Source: Minisyncoccota bacterium
GTDB taxonomy: Bacteria > Patescibacteriota > Minisyncoccia > Phycocordibacterales > JABAAK01
Reading direction: 5' to 3'
Length of the DNA: 64,000 bases
NCBI GenBank assembly: GCA_965216295.1
Contig: OZ244141.1
Span: 225,819 to 289,818, forward strand
Shown: one piece after another, positions 32,720-43,256 of the stretch
How positions within the stretch are numbered: the stretch's first letter is position 1
How the letters are laid out: each line of letters starts with the position of its first letter
Translations under genes and position numbers: made by a program
The notes under the pieces: model-generated
The model's input: the letters and a program-made list of their open reading frames with translations, nothing else
What the model was told of the DNA's origin: nothing
Databases searched by the model: none

Positions 32720-33376
32720 TTACACAGTTCGAGCAAACGCTACAGTATATACCGCAACTGCCCCTGCATCTAATAGGGCACGCTTTGCTTCATCTAATGT
32801 TGCACCAGTTGTTACCACATCATCAAAAACGTAACAGGTTACTCCAGAAACATATCGCGTATCTGCAACCAGAGCATGCTTCACATTCTTTTTCCTTGCC
32901 AACCTATCGCGAACAGTGCTTTGTCGCGCAATGGTTCGTGTATATCTCAAAACACCTTCTGTCACAATAGGTAGTTGTGGTTGCATTTTTCGAAGACGCT
33001 TTGCAATACGAAAAAGGTGACTATACCCATCTTTCTTTGTACGCACAACAGAAGGAGGAATAGTGGTCACAAGCACGGCACCAGTATGATCTGCTACCTT
33101 ATCAATCAGCACCCTCCCAAGTACCTCTGCAATGATTGCAATACTGTGTCCATGTGCCTCATATTTACAGGCAAAGAGGATATCACGGACTTCCTGATTT
33201 CTATATGATAAGAGGGTTTCGTGCCCATAGTGCATCTTTGGTGAGGTAAGGGTATGGATGTGTGCGAGAGTCACCGATGCTGCTTTTCTTGCGTAGTGCC
33301 GTAACGGGAAGAGTACTTGAAACAATGAGGAAAAAACACACTTTGCGTGTGCAATAAGAGTACCTTCATATCGCAT
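32720..33376 (-). CDS. comF: ComF family phosphoribosyltransferase-like competence protein
   Basis: FDDVVTTGATL, R..NV..A, KY motif. Confidence 0.88.
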   Translation of the reverse strand: MRYEGTLIAHAKCVFSSLFQVLFPLRHYARKAASVTLAHIHTLTSPKMHYGHETLLSYRNQEVRDILFACKYEAHGHSIAIIAEVLGRVLIDKVADHTGAVLVTTIPPSVVRTKKDGYSHLFRIAKRLRKMQPQLPIVTEGVLRYTRTIARQSTVRDRLARKKNVKHALVADTRYVSGVTCYVFDDVVTTGATLDEAKRALLDAGAVAVYTVAFARTV

Positions 33377-33421
33377 AGTAAGAAAGTACCACGTCACGTG
33401 TCATGCTACAATAGGGTAAGA

Positions 33422-34540
33422 ATGGGTTTACTCGACACAGTCAAGGGTGTATTTACAGGAGGCCAAAAGAGCGTTATTGGTATAGACATTGGTTCCTCTG
33501 CTATCAAAGTGGTGCAGGCACGACAAGAGCGTGGTGTTGCCGTGTTGGAGACTTACGGTTCTCTTGCGTTAGGACCATACAAAGATGGTCAAGTCGGACA
33601 ATATGTCAAAACAGAGCCAGAAGTACTCCACACCGTACTCTCAGTTCTCTTGAAAGAGGCGAAAGTTACTTCACGCAATGCTGGCATTTCAATACCATTT
33701 CACTCAAGTCTCATATCTATCATTGATGTTCCACCACTCTCTGATGAAAAAATTGCACAGGCAATTCCATTTGAAGCACGCCGACATATTCCTATCCCCC
33801 TTGAAGAGGTTTCTATTGATTGGTTTATCATACCGCAAGCATTACTTGAAGGTGAGAACACGCCAATATTTGAAAACGAGCAACAGCCAATCATGCCGAA
33901 AGAAGAGAAGAGAAAAGTACTTCTCATCGCTATACATAATCATGAACTCATGCGGTATAAGAAGATAGCTGAGTACGCAAAGTTACAAGTTAACTTTTTT
34001 GAAATTGAAATTTTTAGTGCACTTCGTGGTGTTGTTCATGAAAACAGGTACCCCATTATGATTATTGACATCGGGGCACAGACAACAAAGTTCTACATCC
34101 TTGAACACGGTATTGTGTTACGATCTTACTTTATCAAACAAGGGGGACAGACGATTACGAATGCTATTATGTTCAACAACCAGTCCACCTTTCAAGAAGC
34201 AGAGTCACAGAAACGGCAGCACGGTTTAGAAACGAAATCTGATGGGATGCTTCAGGCAATCAGGCTTGTTCTCAACGAGGTATTCACCGAGGCAAACACA
34301 GCGATAAGTGATTTTGAGAATCGATACCGGCAATCAGTCGGATCGGTCATTTTAACTGGTGGTGGTGCTACGTTGCGAGGATTGCTCCCAGAAGCACAGA
34401 AAAACTTTACCGTTTCGGTAGAATTGGCAGATCCATTTTCCCGCCTTAATCACCCACTATTTCTGAGTGAAACATTAAAGAACACTGGACCAGAGTTTTC
34501 TGTTGCACTCGGTGCGGCACTTCGTATGTTAGGGTCATAG
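33422..34540 (+). CDS. pilM: Type IV pilus assembly protein PilM
   Basis: IGIDIGSSAIKVV, FEARRHIP, IDIGA, LTGGGA, VALGAALR. Confidence 0.93.
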   Translation: MGLLDTVKGVFTGGQKSVIGIDIGSSAIKVVQARQERGVAVLETYGSLALGPYKDGQVGQYVKTEPEVLHTVLSVLLKEAKVTSRNAGISIPFHSSLISIIDVPPLSDEKIAQAIPFEARRHIPIPLEEVSIDWFIIPQALLEGENTPIFENEQQPIMPKEEKRKVLLIAIHNHELMRYKKIAEYAKLQVNFFEIEIFSALRGVVHENRYPIMIIDIGAQTTKFYILEHGIVLRSYFIKQGGQTITNAIMFNNQSTFQEAESQKRQHGLETKSDGMLQAIRLVLNEVFTEANTAISDFENRYRQSVGSVILTGGGATLRGLLPEAQKNFTVSVELADPFSRLNHPLFLSETLKNTGPEFSVALGAALRMLGS

Positions 34541-34567
34541 GTGGGGTATACTGCGTGTAGTAGACAT

Positions 34568-35242
34568 ATGCAACCAGATTTTGAAAAAAGTTTTCTCAAA
34601 CCACCAAAGGGCAATTCAGGATTGCCAGAAGGAGGAGGTGCCAGAATGATTGGTAAGAAAGGCAAAGAAGGGAGTGGTGGTGTGGTTATACTCGAGTCTG
34701 TCATTGCCACCATTATCCTGATTATGACTATCTTAGGAGCTGGTGTTGTATACGGCGCAGAATTCTTTATTAAAAGTAACATTACCAGTACAGAAGAGTC
34801 AGTTGATAATGCATTAAAGGAATTTCACCTTGACGATTTAAAGGCACAGAGAAAATTTACACAACAGATAGGGGTATTTCGTGATATTATAACAATTCGT
34901 TCAAACTACGGGTACATTATTGATCAAGCATCTGATATTGTTGCCCCTGGAACTTTTTTCTCTTCACTAAAAATTACACCCACAGGGGAATCAGATGTAC
35001 TGGCATACCAGGTAACAATCGCTGCAACCTCAGAGGGTTTTGATGCTTACTTCCAACAGGTGAAAATACTACGACAGAAACAAGAGGAAGAAGAATTCAT
35101 ACAGACAAACTTAATTGCTGGTGGTGAAGTGACGAGTTTTCGCGTTGGGCGGGATGAAGAATCTAACCCCATCGTACTTTTCAACTATACAACAACTGTC
35201 CCGCTGAGTGTCCTGCAGCGTAATTTTACAGAAGAATCATAA
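34568..35242 (+). CDS. PilN-like protein
   Basis: Single TM plus coiled coil, directly after pilM. Confidence 0.55.
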   Translation: MQPDFEKSFLKPPKGNSGLPEGGGARMIGKKGKEGSGGVVILESVIATIILIMTILGAGVVYGAEFFIKSNITSTEESVDNALKEFHLDDLKAQRKFTQQIGVFRDIITIRSNYGYIIDQASDIVAPGTFFSSLKITPTGESDVLAYQVTIAATSEGFDAYFQQVKILRQKQEEEEFIQTNLIAGGEVTSFRVGRDEESNPIVLFNYTTTVPLSVLQRNFTEES

Positions 35243-35247
35243 AGCCT

Positions 35248-35802
35248 ATGAATCCCATTGTCGTACCAATAGCCATTGTCCTTCTTTCTGCGATTACCTA
35301 TTCGCAGTTTTTGAAACCACAGTTTGATGTCGTGGTGAAGCAATATGATAACCTCAAAGCCATTGAGACGAGCCTTGGTACTCTCAAAGAGGTGCGATCT
35401 AAGGTGGATAAAGTGATTAGTCAGTATAAATTGTTACAGGAAGAATATACTCATGAATTAAATCTCATTACTCAGGTCATACCAGAAGGAAACCCCGTGT
35501 CAGTTGCTGATTTCTTGATTGATCTTAATAATATAATGAATGAAAGCCGTATGCCACGAGATGCAACTGTTTCAGTGGGAAGTGTCAACGATACTGGTTC
35601 GGTGATACTACTACCAGTGACTATTACTGCAACAGTACCATTTGTTGTCGCGAAAGACTTTATCAGTCTTGTGCAGCGTTGGGGTCGGGGGGTTCGAGTG
35701 ACTGATGTCTATATGCAACGTACATACAGTGGCGATCAAGAGACGGTTACTCAGCAACTTATCTCATTTCGTATACAAATGGAAGCGTTGTTTACTCGTT
35801 AA
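35248..35802 (+). CDS. PilO-like protein
   Basis: TM, coiled coil, IP..V..FL, F...R.V.V.D. Confidence 0.6.
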   Translation: MNPIVVPIAIVLLSAITYSQFLKPQFDVVVKQYDNLKAIETSLGTLKEVRSKVDKVISQYKLLQEEYTHELNLITQVIPEGNPVSVADFLIDLNNIMNESRMPRDATVSVGSVNDTGSVILLPVTITATVPFVVAKDFISLVQRWGRGVRVTDVYMQRTYSGDQETVTQQLISFRIQMEALFTR

Positions 35803-35811
35803 TATGTCAAT

Positions 35812-36309
35812 GTGTCTATGAAAAACTTTTTAAAGATAAAAAACAAAGGAAGTTTGGTGTTCTTTTTGTTTGTCATTTTCTCATTCTACATCGGACACCA
35901 GTTTGCAAAAGAGGGAACTGTTCTTGAAGATGTTTCTGTTCTCTCACAAGCACAAGAGCAGTTTCTCAATATTAATAATGTTGTTGATGAGATACAACTT
36001 GACACCCACACCTCATTTCTTGAAACCTTACAGAGCGAGGGCAATCAGTTCTATCGAGAACCTAGGGAAATAGATGCTCAGGTAAGGGCATATACTAAAC
36101 GAGCTGACCCATTTGATATCAACTCAAAAGCAGTTATTGAAGAGACGGAACCAGATGAATATGAAAAGGATGCTACACCAGAAGTGGAAGAAGAACCAGA
36201 GAATAAAACAACACCAGAAGTGGAAGAAGAACCAGAGAATGAAGCAACACCAGAAGTGAAAGAAGAACCAACGGATGAAAAGGAGGAATCCGAATCAAAC
36301 GAGGAGTAA
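35812..36309 (+). CDS. Pilus-locus membrane protein with acidic TPEVEEEPEN repeats
   Basis: TM, R.DPF motif (PilP-like), three 36-bp repeats near 36175-36270. Confidence 0.6.
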   Translation: MSMKNFLKIKNKGSLVFFLFVIFSFYIGHQFAKEGTVLEDVSVLSQAQEQFLNINNVVDEIQLDTHTSFLETLQSEGNQFYREPREIDAQVRAYTKRADPFDINSKAVIEETEPDEYEKDATPEVEEEPENKTTPEVEEEPENEATPEVKEEPTDEKEESESNEE

Positions 36310-36324
36310 TAGTAAACAGTACAT

Positions 36325-38142
36325 ATGGTTGGCGAGGAAAACACAAAAAAAGATATCGATGAAACAGTAGAGGTAGAGATAAGTGCAAATTTTCAAATAG
36401 CAGATGAATTGCTCAACTATATTCCTCAAGAATCGGCTGAGTTGTATAACATTGTGCCGTTACGCATTGAAAACCAAACACTCTACATAGGTGCGATTAA
36501 TCCAAAGAATCTTGATGTTCGCGATGCACTAAACTTCATAGCATCACGGAATGGTATTTCGTATAAGTTGCAGAAGATTAGTAAGAGTGACCTTGAACGT
36601 CTCTTACGGCAGTACAGTCAAGCAGGAACTGCGGTGAGTGAAGCACTTGAGCAAATTGAGGCACAAAGTGATGTCATACTTGAAGTCGATGAAGAGCGGG
36701 GCATAGATGGTGTAGATATTATCAAGGAAGAGGCGCCAGTCATTAAATTGGTGAGTACTATACTCGGTGAGGCTGTTCGAAAGAAAGCATCAGACATACA
36801 TATTGAACCACACATAACCTTTTCCCTCGTTCGGTATCGTCTTGACGGTATTTTGCATGAAACATTACGATTTCCAAGAAAAGTCCATAACCCACTCATT
36901 GCGCGTATTAAAATTCTATCAAATCTGCGTTTAGACGAACGACGCAGACCGCAGGATGGACGATTCTCAAGTGTCTTTGCCAATCGTCGTATTGATTTTC
37001 GTGTTGCTGTTTTCCCCACATCAGATGGTGAAAAGATAACTCTTCGTATTTTGGATAAACAAAAAGGACTTCTCTCCCTCAATCATCTCGGACTCACGCA
37101 ACAAACAGAGGAAAAACTCTTGGAAGCGGTTAATCGTCCATATGGATTAATTCTTGCAGCTGGTCCAACTGGTGCCGGAAAAACGACAACAATGTATGCA
37201 CTTCTTAATATTCTTGATAAAAAGACAAAGAACATTGTTTCATTGGAAGATCCTGTTGAGTACAGTCTTGAGGGTATCAGTCAGTCAAACATTCGCCCAG
37301 AGCTTGGGTATACTTTTGCAAACGGATTACGATCTATACTTCGTGGTGACCCAGATCAAATGTTTGTTGGTGAAATTCGTGACCGAGAAACCGCACAGCT
37401 TGCTATACAGGCAGCACTCACTGGTCACACTGTTTTCTCTACCATCCACACCAACACAGCAATTGGAGCCGTCTCTCGTCTCATCAACTTTGGTATTGAT
37501 CCGTTCCTCTTAGCACCAACACTCTCTTTGGTCATTGGGCAACGAATGGCACGACGTATCGCAGGTGATGGAAAAGAGCTTCCTATCAATGATGCAATGC
37601 GAAAGAGACTTGACGGTGTGTTTCAAGATTTACCCAAAAAGTATCATGATGTAATTCCAGAATTTACCTCATTTAAAGAAATAGCTCCAACAAAAGAATC
37701 TCCCAGTGGTATGTCGGGGCGTGTTGGTGTCTTTGAGATATTTAATATGAATGATAAGACAAGAGCTGCTATTCTTGAAAACCCAAGTGAACAGGAGCTC
37801 TACAAGATAGCTCGCCAAGACGGGATGGTGATGCTTGCCGAAGACGCAATTATTAAAGGACTTCAAGGGATTATTCCCTACTCTGAAATTGTCAAAATCA
37901 GCAGTGAACGGGCATTTGGCGATATACAAGAGTATGGTACTGACTTAGATCTTGATGGTGAATCTTCTGTGATACCAGAATCTATTGTTGAAAAGGTTAT
38001 TGCACCAGAGGATGGTGGAAAAAAAGAAGAGACACATTCTAAGAATACACAGAAAAACAAAGAAGAATTTCAATTTCGTAGGAAAATACAAAAACCTGCA
38101 GCGGTTGATATCACAAAAGGGAAAGAAAAGAGTATCTCTTGA
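36325..38142 (+). CDS. pilB: Type IV pilus extension ATPase PilB/GspE
   Basis: ASDIHIEP, PQDGRF, GPTGAGKTTT, EDPVEY, GEIRD, TGH. Confidence 0.93.
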   Translation: MVGEENTKKDIDETVEVEISANFQIADELLNYIPQESAELYNIVPLRIENQTLYIGAINPKNLDVRDALNFIASRNGISYKLQKISKSDLERLLRQYSQAGTAVSEALEQIEAQSDVILEVDEERGIDGVDIIKEEAPVIKLVSTILGEAVRKKASDIHIEPHITFSLVRYRLDGILHETLRFPRKVHNPLIARIKILSNLRLDERRRPQDGRFSSVFANRRIDFRVAVFPTSDGEKITLRILDKQKGLLSLNHLGLTQQTEEKLLEAVNRPYGLILAAGPTGAGKTTTMYALLNILDKKTKNIVSLEDPVEYSLEGISQSNIRPELGYTFANGLRSILRGDPDQMFVGEIRDRETAQLAIQAALTGHTVFSTIHTNTAIGAVSRLINFGIDPFLLAPTLSLVIGQRMARRIAGDGKELPINDAMRKRLDGVFQDLPKKYHDVIPEFTSFKEIAPTKESPSGMSGRVGVFEIFNMNDKTRAAILENPSEQELYKIARQDGMVMLAEDAIIKGLQGIIPYSEIVKISSERAFGDIQEYGTDLDLDGESSVIPESIVEKVIAPEDGGKKEETHSKNTQKNKEEFQFRRKIQKPAAVDITKGKEKSIS

Positions 38143-38184
38143 TTTTGCAACAAATTTGAGAAATACTCATGGTAATATACAGTT

Positions 38185-39132
38185 GTGGATGTTGTTCTCT
38201 CATTTTTTGTTTTTCCGCTTTCATTGATTGCGCTTATCATTGGTGCTAGTTACCTGTTGCGAGGAGCACAACAGCTCGGTATCGTGATAGGGATTAGTCC
38301 ATTTATTGTTGGTGCTTTCATTATTGCTTTTGGTACCTCACTTCCTGAACTGGCAATTGCTATCCTTTCAGTTATTGATGGGGTAAACGAAGTGCCTGTT
38401 GCGCAAGCCATTGGTTCAAACGTTGTGAATACACTTCTCGTTGTTGCAGTAGCAGCAATTATTGCTCGTCGCATTGATGTAGGAAAAAATCTTATTGATG
38501 TAGAGATTCCCATACTCGTTGGTGTTACCATTCTGTTTGTTGGAATGATATACGATGGTTCAATTTCATTTTTGGAATCGATAATCCTCCTCATCGTTTT
38601 TCTCCTCTATCTTCTCTATCTCTTCAGTGAAAAGGATAACCGTTCATATCCAGAGGATTCAGATTCCATGCTACGGCGATTGTCTGAAGCACCGAAGGAT
38701 TTTTTCTTTGTTGTCTTTGGTCTCATCACTATCACCGTTGCGGCAAATCTTATCATTGAATCAATGGTATCAATTGCTCAGTTCTTTGAAGTGAACGAAG
38801 GGCTTGTTGCAGCAACGGTGCTCTCGCTTGGTACATCATTGCCAGAACTTGTTGTGACTATTCAAGGGGCATTGAAAAAACAGGTTGAATTGGTCATTGG
38901 TAGTATCATCGGCTCTAATATCTTCAATATCCTCGCTACTGTTGGTATCCCAGGACTTGTTGGAACACTCACTATTGATCACCAATCCTTTGTGGTCGGT
39001 GTCCCAGCACTCATTGCGGTGACACTACTATTTGCTATCACAACAATTTCAAACCGTATACATCTCTGGGAAGGATTTCTCTATCTTGCGCTATACGTTC
39101 TCTTCATCATCAAGATGCTTGGTATTGCGTAG
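38185..39132 (+). CDS. Ca2+/Na+ antiporter (YrbG-like)
   Basis: Two GTSLPEL and GSN alpha repeats. Confidence 0.92.
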   Translation: MDVVLSFFVFPLSLIALIIGASYLLRGAQQLGIVIGISPFIVGAFIIAFGTSLPELAIAILSVIDGVNEVPVAQAIGSNVVNTLLVVAVAAIIARRIDVGKNLIDVEIPILVGVTILFVGMIYDGSISFLESIILLIVFLLYLLYLFSEKDNRSYPEDSDSMLRRLSEAPKDFFFVVFGLITITVAANLIIESMVSIAQFFEVNEGLVAATVLSLGTSLPELVVTIQGALKKQVELVIGSIIGSNIFNILATVGIPGLVGTLTIDHQSFVVGVPALIAVTLLFAITTISNRIHLWEGFLYLALYVLFIIKMLGIA

Positions 39133-39159
39133 GGAACAGTAGTAGTTCCATACTATATA

Positions 39160-40251
39160 ATGAAGGTAATGGATTTTCGTAATGAACTCAATGAATACAT
39201 TGTGACTCTGGTAGCGCGAAACGCATCTGATTTACATCTTGTTGTCAACTCAAAACCTCTCTTTCGGGCAGACCGTGAAATTATTCCATTCATACAGAAA
39301 GAAGCACTCACCGAAACAGATACTGAAGGATTCCTGGCAATACTCCTTGGCAAACCAGTTGATACGGCTCGGGAACTATTGAAAGAAAAGAAGCACATTC
39401 TATTTAGTTTTTCTCATACGGTGAAAGATGGTGTGACAGTGAACTTTCGCGGTACCGCATACCTTGAACGCAAGAGGATTGCGATAGCACTTCGTTTGGT
39501 ACCGCTATCTGAAAGAACAATAGTTGATTTAAACCTTCCTTCCATATTAGAATCCATCATTGAAGAACCGCAGGGTTTGTTTTTGGTTGTTGGTCCAGCT
39601 GGGAATGGTAAGTCAACTACCATGGCGGCTATGATAAATCAGATAAATAGAACAAGTCGGCAACATGTCTTAACGATTGAAGATCCTGTTGAGTTTATTT
39701 TTAAAAACAATGAAGCAATTATTACACAACGAGAAATTCCTCGTGATGCGCTAACATTTCGTTCAGCACTTGATAGTGCACTTCGTGCGGATGCAGATAT
39801 ATTAATGATTGGTGAAATGCGAGAAGTAGGAACAATGCAAGCAGTGATGACCGCTGCTGAAGTAGGGCATTTAGTATTCTCGACAGTACACGCAAACTCT
39901 GCTGCGCAAACAGTAGATCGTATTATTGATTCATTCCCTGTGGGACAACAACAACAAATTGCTGTTCAACTTTCTGCGGCACTTCTTGGTATTTGTTCAA
40001 TTCGCCTCCTTCCAAGAATCTCTGGAGGTCTCATTCCCGCCTGTGAAATACTTCTCAACACCAGTGCAATTGCGAACCTTATCCGTGAAAAGCGTACCGC
40101 AGGTATTGAAACGGTTATTCAAACAAGTCGTGAAGATGGCATGGTGAGCCTTGAACAGGCACTTGCTGATTTAGTTCGTAGTAATGAGATTGACCTGAGA
40201 ACAGCACAACGATTCTCAAAGGATGACAGAATACTGAGTAAATATTTATAG
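39160..40251 (+). CDS. pilT: Retraction ATPase PilT
   Basis: ASDLHL, GPAGNGKSTT, TIEDPVEF, GEMRE, AIANLIRE. Confidence 0.93.
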   Translation: MKVMDFRNELNEYIVTLVARNASDLHLVVNSKPLFRADREIIPFIQKEALTETDTEGFLAILLGKPVDTARELLKEKKHILFSFSHTVKDGVTVNFRGTAYLERKRIAIALRLVPLSERTIVDLNLPSILESIIEEPQGLFLVVGPAGNGKSTTMAAMINQINRTSRQHVLTIEDPVEFIFKNNEAIITQREIPRDALTFRSALDSALRADADILMIGEMREVGTMQAVMTAAEVGHLVFSTVHANSAAQTVDRIIDSFPVGQQQQIAVQLSAALLGICSIRLLPRISGGLIPACEILLNTSAIANLIREKRTAGIETVIQTSREDGMVSLEQALADLVRSNEIDLRTAQRFSKDDRILSKYL

Positions 40252-40258
40252 GAGCTAT

Positions 40259-41464
40259 ATGTTATTTGATTATAAAATATTAAGCAAAACCGAAGGAGAA
40301 CAGTCTGGTCAGATTGAAGCACATAGTAAAGCAAATGCTGTTGCTCTCTTACAAGGGAAAGGGTATGTTATTCTCACTCTATCGGAAAAAAGAGAAGCAG
40401 GTTTTTTTGGCAGTGAAATTCGTATTTTTCAAAGAGTGAAGACAAGTGATTTGGTTATTTTTTCGCGACAAGTTGCAACACTCTTTGAGGCAGAAGTTTC
40501 TGCGTTGCGAACTTTCAATTTGGTTGCAGAGAACATGCCAAACCAATACTTTAAAGAAATATTGCGAGATATTGCAAAACAAATTGAACGAGGATCTTCC
40601 ATTGAAGATTCGTTCAAGAAGTACACAAAGATTTTTGGTAACTTTTTTGTCAGTATTGTTGCTGTTGGTGAACAGTCTGGTACGCTTTCACGATCGTTTT
40701 CTTATCTTGCCGATTACACCGAGCGGTATAACGAATTGATTTCTCGTGTACGACGGGCGATGACCTACCCTATTTTTGTTATTACCGTCTTTTTTGCCAT
40801 CATGCTTTTCATGTTTGCGACGGTCATACCACAGATAGCATCTATCTTGGAACAATCAGGTAAAGACTTACCAGTGATCACGGAGATAATTCTCTCTATC
40901 AGCAGGTTTGTCAATGCCAATGCACTCCTCATTATACTTGTGATTGTTGCGGGTATTATTCTGTCAATGTGGTATTACCGCACCACACCGGGAAGAAAGA
41001 TGTTTCACACTGTTTCAGTTGAAATACCTCTTATTGGCAAATTGGTGCGTGAGTTTTACCTGGTTCGATTTGCAGATAACCTATCCGTTATGCTTGCCAG
41101 CGGTGTTCCTATCATCGTTGCGCTTGATACTGTCACAAAAGTTATCAATAATGTCGTCTACAAAGAAGCACTTGAAAATATTTCTCAATTAGTACGGCAG
41201 GGAGCACCACTTTCAACAGCTATTCGTACTGAACGCCTTTTAAGTGAAGACTTAACCCACATTATCCGTGTTGGTGAAGAATCAGGTGAACTCAGCAAAA
41301 TACTCTCTGTTGTTGCTAACTTTTACGACCAGCAATTACAGACAACCATAGCAACTGTTATTGAACTGGTACAACCAACGGTTATTGTTTTCCTTGGTCT
41401 TGCTGTTGGGGTTCTCATCGGGGCGGTCATTCTCCCTATCTACAACCTCTCTGGGGCACTCTAG
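40259..41464 (+). CDS. pilC: Platform protein PilC/GspF
   Basis: FSRQVATL, GEQSGTL, A.TYP, GEESGEL, LPIY. Confidence 0.93.
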   Translation: MLFDYKILSKTEGEQSGQIEAHSKANAVALLQGKGYVILTLSEKREAGFFGSEIRIFQRVKTSDLVIFSRQVATLFEAEVSALRTFNLVAENMPNQYFKEILRDIAKQIERGSSIEDSFKKYTKIFGNFFVSIVAVGEQSGTLSRSFSYLADYTERYNELISRVRRAMTYPIFVITVFFAIMLFMFATVIPQIASILEQSGKDLPVITEIILSISRFVNANALLIILVIVAGIILSMWYYRTTPGRKMFHTVSVEIPLIGKLVREFYLVRFADNLSVMLASGVPIIVALDTVTKVINNVVYKEALENISQLVRQGAPLSTAIRTERLLSEDLTHIIRVGEESGELSKILSVVANFYDQQLQTTIATVIELVQPTVIVFLGLAVGVLIGAVILPIYNLSGAL

Positions 41465-41519
41465 GGGTAATTGTTGATGGTCTCTGTCGAACCTTTAGAT
41501 GATAGTGTATACTACGCAT

Positions 41520-42014
41520 ATGATACAAAAGAGCGGATTCACACTCATTGAACTTCTCATTGTCGTTGCTATTATTGGTATCCTATCGTCCATTGTTTTG
41601 ATCACTCTCTCTGATTCTGGAGATGAGGCAGAAAATACAAAAATAAAGTATGAGTTGCGGCAGATTCACACGGCAGCGACATTGTACAAGTTGGAAAAAA
41701 CCCCTCGATCATTTGAAGGATTCTGTGGTCACGGAAAAATTCAACCAATATATAAAAGTTTTGGTTATGTTGCGACTTGTGCTGCCGGGGTCAATACATG
41801 TGCTATACGAGTTAGTGATGAAAATAACGCAAAAATCATCGGTAATTGTGCGTCTAAATCTGATGGGTGGTTAGTGTATGTTCAAAACGCAACAGGAGTA
41901 GAAGAACCACAATCGTCTGACGATTATGAGAAAAATTATTGGTGTGTTGATAGTAATGGAGGTGCTCCAAAAGGCCGTGGGACCGCTCCTGGCGGTACCG
42001 ACTATGCGTGTTAA
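41520..42014 (+). CDS. Type IV pilin
   Basis: G-FTLIELLIVVAIIGIL, C-terminal YWCVDS. Confidence 0.92.
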   Translation: MIQKSGFTLIELLIVVAIIGILSSIVLITLSDSGDEAENTKIKYELRQIHTAATLYKLEKTPRSFEGFCGHGKIQPIYKSFGYVATCAAGVNTCAIRVSDENNAKIIGNCASKSDGWLVYVQNATGVEEPQSSDDYEKNYWCVDSNGGAPKGRGTAPGGTDYAC

Positions 42015-42264
42015 TAGACGTAGTCTCTTAGATAGGTGAGTGGTAATATATGTTTATAAATTGAAAGAGGGGTATAAATCTTTTTATTTTCGTTTATGAT
42101 TACAAATACACAAAAACAAGGATTCACACTCATTGAACTTCTCATTGTCGTTGCTATTATTGGTATCCTATCGTCCATTGTTTTGATCACTCTCTCTGAT
42201 TCTGGAGATGAGGCAGAAAATACAAAAATAAAGTATGAGTTGCGGCAGATTCACACGGCAGCGA
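41535..42264 (+). repeat. Identical 145-bp 5' segments of two pilins (41535..41679 and 42120..42264)
   Basis: Base-by-base identity on reading. Confidence 0.93.
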
Positions 42265-42581
42265 TACAGTACAAATTGAAAAAGAGACCTCGGTCGTTTG
42301 GGGGTTTCTGTCTCAGTAAAACGGTGGAACCAGTGTTTAAAAGTTTAGGTATTGATTGCCCCACTCCGCTTCCCCGGACCACGCTGAATAGTTGTTTGAT
42401 CAATCAGGATATTGCTGGTTGTAAGTCTAAAGTGACTAATGCGAGTAGTTCAGATAGTTGGGTAGTATATGCTAAAAAAGCTGAAGGGGTAGGATATTGG
42501 TGTGTTGATAGTAAAGGGAATATTCCGAAGGAGATTAGTAGCAAACCAACAAATTTTGTTTATCTTTGTCCTGGTAGTTGA
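42096..42581 (+). CDS. Type IV pilin
   Basis: GFTLIEL, YWCVDS. Confidence 0.92.
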   Translation: MITNTQKQGFTLIELLIVVAIIGILSSIVLITLSDSGDEAENTKIKYELRQIHTAAIQYKLKKRPRSFGGFCLSKTVEPVFKSLGIDCPTPLPRTTLNSCLINQDIAGCKSKVTNASSSDSWVVYAKKAEGVGYWCVDSKGNIPKEISSKPTNFVYLCPGS

Positions 42582-42692
42582 GGAGTATGCAACAATCTTG
42601 ATTCCAGAGAGTCATAAAAATATAGCTATTCTGTATAATCCACAGCATCTGGCATGAATAGAATTCTTTGTGGTATCATATACTCGTTATAT

Positions 42693-43169
42693 ATGATAGA
42701 TTCATTTCGCACAGAATATCGCAATCATCAAGGTTTTACTCTTATTGAACTTCTCATTGTGGTTGCTATTATCGGTATCTTATCATCCATTGTTGTTGTA
42801 ACACTTGCCGATCAAGGAGATAAAGCGGATGATGCGAAAATTCAATTTGAGATACGACAGTTACCAACAGCGGCTGCAGTGTATATACGTACTGAGGGTG
42901 TTGATGGTTACACTAGTTTTTGTGCTGACTCCAAGATTGAATCTGTGTTAGAAAGTTTGCATAAGACTTTGGGAGATGATACTAGTCTTTCTAATGTTAC
43001 TGTTGGGGAAACTGCTAATGTTAGGTGTAACGATGCAAAAGAAGCGTGGGCTGTGTGGAGTAAATTGAAAAGTGGTGATACTGTCTATTGGTGTATAGAC
43101 TCTAAGTCGGGGGGGGCAAAGAAGCTTAGTGCTGCACCAACAGACAACGCTGCCACGGTTTGTCCGTAA
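42693..43169 (+). CDS. Type IV pilin
   Basis: GFTLIEL, YWCIDS. TATACT 8 nt before ATG 42693. Confidence 0.9.
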   Translation: MIDSFRTEYRNHQGFTLIELLIVVAIIGILSSIVVVTLADQGDKADDAKIQFEIRQLPTAAAVYIRTEGVDGYTSFCADSKIESVLESLHKTLGDDTSLSNVTVGETANVRCNDAKEAWAVWSKLKSGDTVYWCIDSKSGGAKKLSAAPTDNAATVCP

Positions 43170-43256
43170 AGTATTACCTAAGGTTGAAGCATGCCTGCCG
43201 TTGCACTCTTGTAACATGTCGGCGATTTAGTTGAATTTCTATTACACAGAGAATGT

